Below are positions 38,308 through 48,281 of a DNA stretch of 64,000 nt, piece after piece. Positions within the stretch are counted from its first letter, which is position 1; each line of letters starts with the position of its first letter. The notes beneath the pieces are model-generated. The model saw only the letters and a program-made list of their open reading frames with translations, was not told the DNA's origin and searched no databases. The translations under genes and the position numbers were made by a program. Source of the stretch: a virus; the UHGV virus genome UHGV-2031204; one strand, given 5' to 3'.

Positions 38308-41300
38308 TTAATCGCGAATGATTACCGCCTGCACTTTATTGTTGGTGTCGATAAACGACATTACGCGCTCCTTGTTAAGATAAGGAGGTATCGGTAACGC
38401 AGCGTAATCCGCCAGGTTGTTATTAAATTCAGTTGCCACTAACGCATTAAGCGTTTCGGGGTCTGAACTGACACCGGTCAAATCCATAACGCGCACACGA
38501 TTTAATGAGGAATAGTTGCTAATATAGTCTAACAACGTACCATAGACTTTATTCGCGGTTGCGCTATCTGCCGTAGAACGGATGTTGGCACGAACCTCAT
38601 CCTCATAAAGTCCCCCTAAACCGTAGTAAATAGGGGTATACGGATCGTTAACGATAGGTGCGATATTGAACCCTGTTAAACGGTCAGTTAGAGGGATTTT
38701 CTGCGTAGCTCCCCCTGCTGCCGTGCAGCTTACGTATTTATCTGTCGCAGATAAAAACACCACGATGGTATACGTAGTGCCCGCTAAGGTCAATGTTGCG
38801 TTAAACGTTATTGCGTTATTTGCAGCACGGGTGTGGGTAAACGTTACGTCAGGTTGTAACGTATTCCACGGCGCAGGCGTAACACGCTTCGTTGGTGTGA
38901 AACCTAACACTACCGATTTCCCGCTACCGAAGTTCAAACCGAACCCTGCGTAACAATATTCACCGTTGCTGTCAGTTAAACGATAACCACGAGTGATAAG
39001 TAACGACAACCGCATAAACTCGCCGTCGGTGTTTTTCCAACAACCTAAAACAGTTTCTAACACCGTGCCAGTTTTTGCGTTGCTTTCTGTTTCCCAACTT
39101 ACCCGCATTCCTGCGTTCTTAAAAGCTGGGAACGTGTTGTGGATAAACCCGTGTAGGTTATCGCTTACTCCTTTCGCGTCAAAAATCCACTTGGATGCAA
39201 GCTGGTCGTATTTCACCCCGTCTAAAGCTTTATACTGCCCCCCGGCAACATAACGCCAATCTGCTTCACCGCGTACTACTGCCTGGAGTCCAGAAGCCCA
39301 GCAAGGCGCGCCTACCGTTAAGTTAGCTAACCCAAGCGCTGCACGTGACGCGGTGCGTTGAATGTGTGCGTTGTCATCGGCCTTATGATCTTTCAGTTCA
39401 CGGAAATCACCCAACCGTGTGACATTACGCATCTCCGTAACGAACACCTCAGAAATGTCGTTAACACCAATCAACCCTACACGCGTCATGGTATCCGTTT
39501 CAGCCTGACTGTAGCTGTCGTGGACAATATACTTCGCTTTGTTGTCAACAATATCAACAAAAATCCCTGCGTAGATTTCTGTATTCAATTTCGGAAAACG
39601 TTCACTGACGTTAATCGTCATCAACGGAACGTCGTATGTTTCACCACCGATAAAATACGTTGAAGCTGGAAGCGTGACCAGAATTTTGTCTTTGACCGTA
39701 AGGTCTATTAAGTCGTTACCAGACTCACCAAAACGTATAATGTCAAGACGTGCCTCCGAGTCAACACCGCTGACAGCGCGCTCCAATTTTTCAATCTGAG
39801 AAGTCTGCGCCATTACCACACTCCCATCGAGTGCTAAAGTCGCATCATCCACATCCAGACCAAATTTAATCAGACCACGTTTCGCGGTGGTTGCGTTTCC
39901 AGTACCAAAAGCGGTAAACGGGTGTTGGTGAACTTTAGGCGAGTATTTATCTAACTCCGCACGTTGTGCTGTAGAAATCGGTAAATCGACATCGGGCGTA
40001 TTCGCAACATTACCTAAACCAAAGGTAATCTTATCGATAGTAACCGAGCTGGTAAGTTGCATGTCGTTAATGTACGATTTAACTGCAACTAACTTACCGG
40101 TGAACTCCGCATCGAGTTTTTCAATCAGTGCTGGCGTTGCTGCAAGGTTTTCAGCGGTACCGAACTCATCGGTCAACTGCCAAGCTGCCAGAGTTGTTGT
40201 ATCGGTCGCGGTAGGAAGAATAAAGGTCGCTACGAACGGCGAGGCTTTTATCCCGCTACCGGTGATCGTAACCGTTGTTGTCGAGTTTGCGTAGAATAAA
40301 CCTGTACCACCTGCGGTATTGCCTGGCAGATACGGGGCTACGGTGGTGGGGTCTAAGAGTTTTTTACCACGCCACAACAATCCTCGGTCATCGGGGTATA
40401 GCACAAGCTGGTTAGTACCTGCTTGGAACGTTACGGGGTTGTTACCCACGTTAACATCAGTTGAACCTTGGCCAATAAACTTAATGGATTTCGGATCAAC
40501 AACAAACTGAGCGCCTAAACGTGTCTCGTCAACAACATCCGGTGCTTTCTTAATGGTAACCGTGTTACCTTTGTTTTGCGAACTAATGGTAACGGCGTCG
40601 GCAACATTATTGATCAGCGATTTAAAGTGGTGCTGATTCTCTAATGCTTCTAACGCAGCGTCCATGTTATTGAAGTTGATCCGACCGCTATACGTTTTAC
40701 TGTTTACGGTAATAACGACGTCAAACACATTCCCTGTACGCTTCAGTTGAAAACGTAGCGTAAAATCCCCATCCGGTATTGCCGGGTTAGGAGCTTGTGA
40801 AATATACCGAACTGCCGGTACCGGACTACCGTAACCGTGCAACGCCAGTTCGATAGTAAGAGTACCGGACCAGACTTCACCGGTAATCTCTACGTACTTA
40901 CCGGAGTTACTACCAGGATTTTCGTAGAAACGTAAACCAACCCTACCGACCGCTTCATTACCAGACGCTGTTTTACGTCCAGTAACAATAAAGTCAATAT
41001 CTTGCAGGTTGGCAGGCACCGCATTAAAGTTAGCACTGAAACCGCTTTTCGCTCCTGTATAACGAAGCGCACCGTGATATCTGTGACCACTACTAACATA
41101 GCTTTCGCTAAAATAAGGACTCACGTATTTCGACATCGAGACCGGATCAACTTCCGTCGTGAACGAAGTAAAACCCGGAAGTGTGGTAATCGTGCCGTTA
41201 ACGTTCTTGCTCGCCGATTCACGAAGCAGTTTTTTCTGTGCGGTTAACGTTGCTTGTGTTGGGTACTTAGCATTAACGTAATCCGTTAACTGCTGTTTCG

Positions 41301-42630
41301 TTTTCCCGTAAGCTAACGCGGCATCCGACGCAATACCATTCAGCTCTAACGCACGGATCGGACCCCACGTATCGGTGTGCGGGTTGTCCTTACGTGTAAC
41401 GTGTTCGTGTGCAGGCGCGTTACGATACAGCTGCTCAACTAACTGATGGTATTTAACTATTAACTGGTAAACATCGTTATCGACGTCAGGTTCTGGTGCG
41501 CCGGGTAAAGAACGAATTTGAATATAATCATTTTCGGCCGCATACCAGTTTAGATTAATGTTCGTTTTAAACTTCAACCATTTAGCAACATCCGTTTTCG
41601 AATACCCTGCCGAGAACTCATCAGGCGGCGTATCGACGTTGAATGTGTAATCCATGGTCTGTTTATTTGTTTTTACTACGATGACGTAAACACCGTTTCC
41701 GGGTTGACGGGTTACACTAAAATCGATATCGTTTTTTAACTCATCGTCAGTTAAACCGTTGATTAACGTATAATCGTAGTTTGTTGAACCGCTACCAATA
41801 GCGACCGTTAAGACCAGTGAGATTTTGCGCTGTTTTAGCTGCAGCCGTAGAATACTTGCACCGCCGTTAGCATAACAGAGCATCCAATCGATCTGTTCGT
41901 TTGGATTCAATTTCGTCATGTCTGGCAGAATAGCAGGAATTCTGTGTTTCACTGACAGGACGTAGTCGTTAAAGGTTGCAGTTTTATAACTCAAGCTATA
42001 ACGATGACGGGTAGTGTTGTAGGTGAAGCCACCTTTATTGTCGTATACGGCATACTGCTCGGAAGTGATAACCTTGCTATTAGCACGGTATTCCAAATCC
42101 AGGGTATTGCGTGCGATGGGGTTAAGCCGACTCACGACTTCCCCTAACGAATCGCCTAATCCAGCAATAGCCTGCATTAATTCCAGTTCACCTTTCCAAT
42201 TCTCCCAATCGAACTGGATATCAACCGGCGGAAAGTAAACGTCCCCGATGACGGTGTCCCACTGACACGCAGACGGGTATTTATCTTTATTGAGTTCGCG
42301 TTCTGCGGTAATCTGTTGTTGGGTAGCCTGACCGCAACCAACGGCGTGGTAATCTACCGTAAAATTCGATTTGTATTTGTCATTAACAATCCAAATCATC
42401 CCGTGAATGAGATAGGCTGTGCGCAACATACCGGTCTCGTACGGGTGTGTAATAATGTAATCGTCGCCTAAGGTCAGTGTTTTGCCGCCGCTCTTGACCA
42501 CCAGGGATGTGGTGAAAAAAGGGGCGTGGGCAGGTACCAACATTCGGTATTTCGTACCAATGACGGCGACCGCTTCACCGGTTATTTTATTCCCCGGTTT
42601 TTTGAAGTGTGGGTCTAAGACGACAGCCAT
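38308..42630 (-). CDS. Giant fibre-like structural protein (1440 aa)
   Basis: N-terminal MLVPAHAPFFTTSLVVK…GDDYIITHPYE anchor motif; first gene of the minus-strand operon. Confidence 0.7.
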   Translation of the reverse strand: MAVVLDPHFKKPGNKITGEAVAVIGTKYRMLVPAHAPFFTTSLVVKSGGKTLTLGDDYIITHPYETGMLRTAYLIHGMIWIVNDKYKSNFTVDYHAVGCGQATQQQITAERELNKDKYPSACQWDTVIGDVYFPPVDIQFDWENWKGELELMQAIAGLGDSLGEVVSRLNPIARNTLDLEYRANSKVITSEQYAVYDNKGGFTYNTTRHRYSLSYKTATFNDYVLSVKHRIPAILPDMTKLNPNEQIDWMLCYANGGASILRLQLKQRKISLVLTVAIGSGSTNYDYTLINGLTDDELKNDIDFSVTRQPGNGVYVIVVKTNKQTMDYTFNVDTPPDEFSAGYSKTDVAKWLKFKTNINLNWYAAENDYIQIRSLPGAPEPDVDNDVYQLIVKYHQLVEQLYRNAPAHEHVTRKDNPHTDTWGPIRALELNGIASDAALAYGKTKQQLTDYVNAKYPTQATLTAQKKLLRESASKNVNGTITTLPGFTSFTTEVDPVSMSKYVSPYFSESYVSSGHRYHGALRYTGAKSGFSANFNAVPANLQDIDFIVTGRKTASGNEAVGRVGLRFYENPGSNSGKYVEITGEVWSGTLTIELALHGYGSPVPAVRYISQAPNPAIPDGDFTLRFQLKRTGNVFDVVITVNSKTYSGRINFNNMDAALEALENQHHFKSLINNVADAVTISSQNKGNTVTIKKAPDVVDETRLGAQFVVDPKSIKFIGQGSTDVNVGNNPVTFQAGTNQLVLYPDDRGLLWRGKKLLDPTTVAPYLPGNTAGGTGLFYANSTTTVTITGSGIKASPFVATFILPTATDTTTLAAWQLTDEFGTAENLAATPALIEKLDAEFTGKLVAVKSYINDMQLTSSVTIDKITFGLGNVANTPDVDLPISTAQRAELDKYSPKVHQHPFTAFGTGNATTAKRGLIKFGLDVDDATLALDGSVVMAQTSQIEKLERAVSGVDSEARLDIIRFGESGNDLIDLTVKDKILVTLPASTYFIGGETYDVPLMTINVSERFPKLNTEIYAGIFVDIVDNKAKYIVHDSYSQAETDTMTRVGLIGVNDISEVFVTEMRNVTRLGDFRELKDHKADDNAHIQRTASRAALGLANLTVGAPCWASGLQAVVRGEADWRYVAGGQYKALDGVKYDQLASKWIFDAKGVSDNLHGFIHNTFPAFKNAGMRVSWETESNAKTGTVLETVLGCWKNTDGEFMRLSLLITRGYRLTDSNGEYCYAGFGLNFGSGKSVVLGFTPTKRVTPAPWNTLQPDVTFTHTRAANNAITFNATLTLAGTTYTIVVFLSATDKYVSCTAAGGATQKIPLTDRLTGFNIAPIVNDPYTPIYYGLGGLYEDEVRANIRSTADSATANKVYGTLLDYISNYSSLNRVRVMDLTGVSSDPETLNALVATEFNNNLADYAALPIPPYLNKERVMSFIDTNNKVQAVIIRD

Positions 42631-42698
42631 TCTCTACTCCTATAATCCGTGGGCGTCGAAGTTCATACTATGACTTGAATCTATAGAGGAAAAGAGCT

Positions 42699-43961
42699 GT
42701 GACTACTGCTTATCAAGTGCGGCCCGACAGCGCTTTTGGCTTCTCTCGAGAGTCCCGTACCTGGGGAGCCATCGATGTCACGCAACCCTTAAATACGTTG
42801 TGTTCAGACTACCACACCTTTGAGATCGGTTTAAGTGCACTTGGTAAAGACTATACGTTAGTCAGCCAATACCATCTTGCCGAACTACAAAACCGAACAG
42901 ACACTTTACAAGATTGGTTAAATGAAAAAGCCGGAAACGTCATCCCCACTCTAAAAGCCGGATTGCCGAAACTGGAATTCAGTTGGGCGCATTACCAATC
43001 AATTAATGCCGATGTACCTGTCGAAACGTACCTGTGTCCGCCGGGGTACCACCACAGTCAAGATTTCAGCTTAGACGATGCTGATGACGTTGTCGTCGTT
43101 TGTGAGGACAAGTGGAAGGACAAATACCGTAATAGTGTACTGTACAACATTAACGGTCAATGGGTACCGCATCAGACAGATACCGTAGGTGTCCGATTAC
43201 CCGGGGCCGGTAAAATCGTACGGAGAGCCTGTACGCCTGATATCGGCTGTATGGTTTTTGGTCAGTTAGGGAATGTTAAAACTTACCCCATTGCCAACCT
43301 TACCCTAAACAAGCTCGACACTACACGTGACTATTACTCCACGTTAATGATTTCGCTGCCCGAATCTATTACGGGAAAAACGGTGGGTTTCGTCATCGGT
43401 GGACTGTTACGTTGGTTGCCTCCGGGCGGTTATTTCTCCGACCGTGCGATCATGATTTCTTTGCCGAATTTTGATCTTGCTCGGACCGTTCTAGAAACCC
43501 GTCGCTATTACGACTGGGATGCCATCGGTGTGGGGGATTTATCAACGCCTACTAATGTCCAACGCATTCGCAACCCCGAAACATTAAAGGCGCTTTTACT
43601 CCACGAGTCTTCGTTTATCTTTACGGTAGATAACCCGTATTTAGAAGAAGAGGTTGTGGGTGTATCGCATAACGCAGTTTGGGGACGTTGTTATCTCAAG
43701 GACCCTAGCGATCCTGATTCTGAAAAACCATTAGGGTACTTAAATAATCGCTTCGGGAAGACGGTGGGCTATTGGCCTACATGGGAGGAGGGTGAGTGGG
43801 TATTTAACACCACCGAATTCGACAGTCAAAACTACGTCTTTCGTGAAGCCCGGTGGTATAATCAGAAGAAGATTAACGACGCGCAAGCAATCGTCGGTCC
43901 ATTCGGTCCCTGGGAAAAAGTGTATTTAGAAATGCATCGCTTTAGAGCACGAAAAAAATAA
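42699..43961 (+). CDS. Hypothetical 420-aa protein
   Basis: GTG start; isolated plus-strand gene between minus-strand blocks. Confidence 0.5.
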   Translation: MTTAYQVRPDSAFGFSRESRTWGAIDVTQPLNTLCSDYHTFEIGLSALGKDYTLVSQYHLAELQNRTDTLQDWLNEKAGNVIPTLKAGLPKLEFSWAHYQSINADVPVETYLCPPGYHHSQDFSLDDADDVVVVCEDKWKDKYRNSVLYNINGQWVPHQTDTVGVRLPGAGKIVRRACTPDIGCMVFGQLGNVKTYPIANLTLNKLDTTRDYYSTLMISLPESITGKTVGFVIGGLLRWLPPGGYFSDRAIMISLPNFDLARTVLETRRYYDWDAIGVGDLSTPTNVQRIRNPETLKALLLHESSFIFTVDNPYLEEEVVGVSHNAVWGRCYLKDPSDPDSEKPLGYLNNRFGKTVGYWPTWEEGEWVFNTTEFDSQNYVFREARWYNQKKINDAQAIVGPFGPWEKVYLEMHRFRARKK

Positions 43962-43966
43962 AGTAA

Positions 43967-44009
43967 CCTCCTACCCTCTAAGAGGGTAGGAGTAGCACGT
44001 TTTTTTTTC
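43967..44009. terminator. Bidirectional terminator
   Basis: CTCCTACCCTC-TAAG-AGGGTAGGAG flanked by A-run and T9 run. Confidence 0.7.
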
Positions 44010-44011
44010 GC

Positions 44012-44221
44012 TTAGTCTTTTTTGTAGACAATTGCGTTACCGTGCAGTTTGTTGTTGCCGGAAATACCGATAACTTTGAATGCGTCGCCGCCAATTTTTT
44101 CAGCTTCAGCAGCCAGCTTACCCGTTACATGATCAACGGTGTCGCCGAAAGCGCTAACGTTACCGATTTTCTTAAACTCTTCTGGAATATGCTCAGCAGA
44201 AGAGAACTCTTTAATAGACAT
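44012..44221 (-). CDS. DUF1471 (YhcN/BhsA-family)-like small protein without signal peptide
   Basis: …IGNVSAFGDTVDHVTGKLAAEAEKIGGDAFKVIGISGNNKLHGNAIVYKKD; ATG 44221 after RBS GGAGAG. Confidence 0.55.
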   Translation of the reverse strand: MSIKEFSSAEHIPEEFKKIGNVSAFGDTVDHVTGKLAAEAEKIGGDAFKVIGISGNNKLHGNAIVYKKD

Positions 44222-44427
44222 AACAGCTCTCCATTTCAAAAGGAAGGTGGTCTAAGACCGACGTGTGTTACAACCGAAGCATAAGATAGCTCCTCCCCGT
44301 AGGGAGGAGTAGAGTGCGCGAAAAAAGTGGCCTGCTTAACTAAACGATGGGTTTAAGAAAAGTGTTGATAAAAAGCTTTACCAACGTCAGGTCACAATAT
44401 ATAAACACAACGTAAGAAAAAGGGGAA

Positions 44428-45393
44428 TTATTGCGGAGGTGATGTCGGACCATGTTTACCTTGGTGAATGTGAACGCTAAAGGTAATACCGGAAATAATG
44501 GCATCTTTAACCGTAAAGACACCCACGCCTTCACCCGTACCACCGTATTTGAAGTTCTTAGCGACTTCCAGATTACCGGTGAACATCGCTTCCTTCCCTT
44601 CTTGTTTAAAGTTCGGCGTTTTGAACGTTGTCGAACTGCCCGCTTCTGTTAACCAGGTTTGTGTTTTAAACGTAACGGAATTCGCTGCTTCCGTATTGCG
44701 GACTTCACATTTTTCATTAATCGTTTTCGTTTCCAGGTTAATAGAACGCTTTGAATAAATGAACGCATCTTCTTTGTTGATGTTCACTTTTGAAAGCATC
44801 GCATTCTCAAACCCGAGATCATCTTCAACCGAGTTAATGTAATACTTGTTTCCTTTATGGTCAACGCACTGCCACGTACCGTTTGCATTATCAAACTGAA
44901 ACAACCACGCCGCTTTCTCGCCATTCACCATACTCGTTCTTAGCGTGATATGTTTGTCAATCGTCGAAACGTTCAACACATACGCATTGGACAAGTCATC
45001 CGCCATTTGGTTTTCAGGGTCAGCCGACCACGCATAAACCGCATCTTCTAATCGCTTAACGTTAGCGAAGTTCAGATCAATCCAAAAATAAATATCGGTT
45101 TTCCCCAAACGTAACAAGATAACGTAGTCTTCTCGTTTAACGTCAGGGGAATTAATTCGGTTGGAGTTAAACTTCCACCACTTTGCTGTTATCGTGTTAC
45201 CCGTCTTAATGGTTAGGTTATCTGTTGCACCAGACGTTTCATGCGTCTTTTCAGTTGCTGAAGAAACAGATTGTACCACGGTAGGGTTAGCAAAGTTAGT
45301 TTCAATTGGTATCACTTTTACCCGATCTGTACCACGGGGTTTGTCTTCCGCGACGATACCAATTGAGAAAAAATCAACACTGGATTTCTCCAT
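44428..45393 (-). CDS. Putative central tail spike (P2 gpV-like) with C-terminal HxH apex
   Basis: C-terminus …ITFSVHIHQGKHGPTSPPQ resembles the His-rich apex of P2 gpV (…LHTHKHPGDSGGTTGSPL). Confidence 0.5.
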   Translation of the reverse strand: MEKSSVDFFSIGIVAEDKPRGTDRVKVIPIETNFANPTVVQSVSSATEKTHETSGATDNLTIKTGNTITAKWWKFNSNRINSPDVKREDYVILLRLGKTDIYFWIDLNFANVKRLEDAVYAWSADPENQMADDLSNAYVLNVSTIDKHITLRTSMVNGEKAAWLFQFDNANGTWQCVDHKGNKYYINSVEDDLGFENAMLSKVNINKEDAFIYSKRSINLETKTINEKCEVRNTEAANSVTFKTQTWLTEAGSSTTFKTPNFKQEGKEAMFTGNLEVAKNFKYGGTGEGVGVFTVKDAIISGITFSVHIHQGKHGPTSPPQ

Positions 45394-45417
45394 CGGGACG
45401 TTCCTTAGATCGGAATT

Positions 45418-45473
45418 GATTTCAGATATATTTTACTTAAGTGAATAGGGACTGAAGTACCAGTTCAGTCCCT
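45418..45473 (+). promoter_or_regulatory. Conserved promoter-like motif plus hairpin (copy 3 of 4)
   Basis: GATTTCAGATATATTTTACTTAAGTGAA then hairpin GGGACTGAA-GTACCA-GTTCAGTCCC. Confidence 0.45.
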
Positions 45474-45714
45474 ACGGACACGTTACCCTTTTAGTACCTT
45501 TCGTTAAAGGTTACTAAAAAATTACATTATGTCCCTTTATTCTGCTACTCGGGATACCGGTAGGGGATAGGGGGCATTATGTATACGGATATAAATAGCG
45601 GAGGTATACGGAGTATACCGACATACTCTTCCCAGAGGAACGTAGTGACTTCCTTATACCTCTTTTACAATCCATAATAATAGCCTTCCCTTCATTGGGA
45701 TTAGCGAGTAAATC

Positions 45715-46449
45715 ATGAAAGAATTATTAGACGATATCTTTACCAATACCAGTTTAGAACTTTCTTCTACGGTGGTTAACGAACTAATAAAACAATCGCA
45801 ACCTGCTAAGTTAGGCGCTGCCAGGGTAGTTAACCCTAAAGATTATCTAGGCTGCGATATCATAGGTGGTACGATCGATGAGTACGCAATTGGTATTTAC
45901 CCCAACTGGGTCTTCTTTGTTCTTAATACCGAAACCGGTGTCATGTTAACCTACACGATGAGTAGTGATGCCGAACACGAAGTTGTAGCGGAACATATTC
46001 GCCACATCGCCAGCACGCCTATCTTTTCCGACGTTACGTTTATTGGGGGAAGCACTATGCTGACGTTATTCTCTTACTTCCCACTGTTTAGACATGGGGT
46101 AGGGTTAATCAAGCATGTAGAAAACCTTCCCGATAACGTAGAGTTATCACTGCTTGGCCCCGGCATCGATCTTTATCCATTAAAAGATAACGGTAAGTTA
46201 TACGGTTTACGTATCTATGTTTCTTGGTTAAAGGGATACCGCGTTATTGAACTGATTGCATCAGACTTAACAAAACAGATCCCAGAAGTAGAAACGATTT
46301 CTAAAGCCACCCACCTGGTTGAGATTAACCCAGACGATCCGTTTTTACAGTACCACAAAGAAATTGCCCTTCGTGGTATCGCGGCCGTAAAAGGGTGGGG
46401 CTGTGCTGAGATTACGAAGGGCTATCTGCTTCTAATTAAAACCGCGTAA
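45715..46449 (+). CDS. Paralog-family protein A (conserved C-terminal GW…LLF module)
   Basis: 244 aa; N-terminal MKELLDDIFTNT resembles 48282 ORF. Confidence 0.55.
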   Translation: MKELLDDIFTNTSLELSSTVVNELIKQSQPAKLGAARVVNPKDYLGCDIIGGTIDEYAIGIYPNWVFFVLNTETGVMLTYTMSSDAEHEVVAEHIRHIASTPIFSDVTFIGGSTMLTLFSYFPLFRHGVGLIKHVENLPDNVELSLLGPGIDLYPLKDNGKLYGLRIYVSWLKGYRVIELIASDLTKQIPEVETISKATHLVEINPDDPFLQYHKEIALRGIAAVKGWGCAEITKGYLLLIKTA

Positions 46450-46478
46450 TTAAGAAAACCGAAAAAGGAGAATATACC

Positions 46479-47033
46479 ATGTTTCAAACTGAACTGAAAA
46501 ATGAAATTATCCAAACCCTTGAAAAGGGCGTAGGCGAACATTTCTTTGTCCGTCCTTATACCGTACTGACCAATACCATTATTCAGCCAGGTGCGATGAT
46601 AGTAGGGGTGAGTGTACAAGCTGTGGAGGAAACCCCACTGCGTCGCAACATCACACGTAAAACCCATATCCCGTTTAGAACAGGTTTTACAGATTACTTT
46701 CAGAGCTTACTGAAAGATAGCGTTTGGAAAACAGGTAGCTTCTTCCACGAAGGGAAGACTTCCACGCTGGTTTATAAAGAGAACACCAAGTATCTGGTCG
46801 ATTTTCTCTTAGCGCGTCAGTATGCTTTCTTTCCAACCCCTACTGACTGCACCACAGACAACCCAGGTAAGTTATTAAACCAAAGCGAAGCCGAGGCACT
46901 CTTTACAAGACTTCGGAATGAGCAGTGCGATGTTGACGACTGGGAAACATTGATCGCGGTCGCTAAAGCCCACGGTTGGTATACCGTACGTAAACTCGGT
47001 CAGCAGTTGTTGTTCTTAGCTTACCCTGCTTAA
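46479..47033 (+). CDS. Paralog-family protein B
   Basis: 184 aa; C-terminal AKAHGWYTVRKLGQQLLFLAYPA. Confidence 0.55.
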   Translation: MFQTELKNEIIQTLEKGVGEHFFVRPYTVLTNTIIQPGAMIVGVSVQAVEETPLRRNITRKTHIPFRTGFTDYFQSLLKDSVWKTGSFFHEGKTSTLVYKENTKYLVDFLLARQYAFFPTPTDCTTDNPGKLLNQSEAEALFTRLRNEQCDVDDWETLIAVAKAHGWYTVRKLGQQLLFLAYPA

Positions 47034-47062
47034 GTAACGAAAAAACCTAAAGGAGAGTAAAA

Positions 47063-48214
47063 ATGCGAAATATTATTTCTAAACCAGGACATGTCAAAAT
47101 CCTAAAAGAACTGATGGACAGATGCTATAATCGGACTTGGTCACTACCAAGCTTAACCATCGAGTCTTCATTACAACGTGAGTTGTTTGGTTATAACTTG
47201 GGCTGTTGTGTACTTACTGAATACAATGAGATTATCGCGCCTGTCGATGTCTGTACTTACGATGAAGAAATTGAAGGTTACAAGTTCGCGGTTTACACAA
47301 ATTGTGGACTAAATTACCGTAAACTCGTTGTTAGGGAAAAGAGTAGCAGCCGGAAGATTATGTTTAAGGTCTTCCCAAGTGGTAAAGTCAGTAATTTATG
47401 TTTTCAGCTTGAGAAAGTGCCCTTTCACGGTGCGGACATTTTAACTAAACCGGAGCTCGCGTTATTAAGCGGGTTAATTGGCTTTGAAGCAAAAACCATC
47501 AAAGTTGAGCAGGAACTTACACGAAACGATTTCGGGTCAACTTGGTACGAAAGTTTCTTCCGCTACGAAATGTTAAGTGATAAAGCTATCAAACTCACTT
47601 ACCGTTCTACCGACGACATCGTTTACCACATTTTAATTAGCGGCGAACCCCACCAGATTATTGAAGTCGAAGGAGAAAAATCCGTGCGTACCTTAAAAGA
47701 TGAATTAACTGATTTTGTTAACAAAATTGATAACGTGGGTATCAGTGAATTATTATTCCCGATTCAACATCCAGAGTTGCTTGACGAGAAATGTGAAAAC
47801 ATGATTATGGCGGTGCATTTACTTCCTGACCATCTTGCTATCTACCGTACACTTTCTAAGAACCAACTTAAAGTGTGGTGTCTGTTAAAAGGTCTTTTAA
47901 CAGAGGCGGGGTGGTCGTGTAGTGTAGATGTTAACTGTGAAGGAGTTGCGTTCTTCATCACAATAGGCAATCGTAGTTTTTCTGTCGATTTACCTACTCG
48001 CAGCTATTACGATTTCTTCCCGACCGCAGAAGGACGTACTGAAAAAGAACCCGCATTACTGCTCAGTGCTGAGGAGTCCAATGCGTTAATGGCGAAACTG
48101 AAGGCGAAAGACGAGAAGCTGGATGCTTTACATCTACCTATAATCGGGAAAGACTACGGTTGGGCTGACGTGCAAAAATACGGCAGTCAGCTGTTGTTTG
48201 TTGCTGACCTCTAA
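47063..48214 (+). CDS. Paralog-family protein C
   Basis: 383 aa; C-terminal GKDYGWADVQKYGSQLLFVADL. Confidence 0.55.
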   Translation: MRNIISKPGHVKILKELMDRCYNRTWSLPSLTIESSLQRELFGYNLGCCVLTEYNEIIAPVDVCTYDEEIEGYKFAVYTNCGLNYRKLVVREKSSSRKIMFKVFPSGKVSNLCFQLEKVPFHGADILTKPELALLSGLIGFEAKTIKVEQELTRNDFGSTWYESFFRYEMLSDKAIKLTYRSTDDIVYHILISGEPHQIIEVEGEKSVRTLKDELTDFVNKIDNVGISELLFPIQHPELLDEKCENMIMAVHLLPDHLAIYRTLSKNQLKVWCLLKGLLTEAGWSCSVDVNCEGVAFFITIGNRSFSVDLPTRSYYDFFPTAEGRTEKEPALLLSAEESNALMAKLKAKDEKLDALHLPIIGKDYGWADVQKYGSQLLFVADL

Positions 48215-48281
48215 TAAGTGAAAATACACTTTCTCTAACTGCCGCGCTTTAGTCGCGGCTTTTGTTAAGAAGGAAATAGAA

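Noticed and set aside
28132-42238. Numerous plus-strand track ORFs nested in the giant minus-strand genes
   Set aside because: All lie antisense within long ORFs that share conserved N-terminal domains; no RBS or independent support.
44340-44758. Short track ORFs overlapping the 3' end of the central spike gene
   Set aside because: They overlap the conserved C-terminal apex region of the spike ORF; judged spurious.
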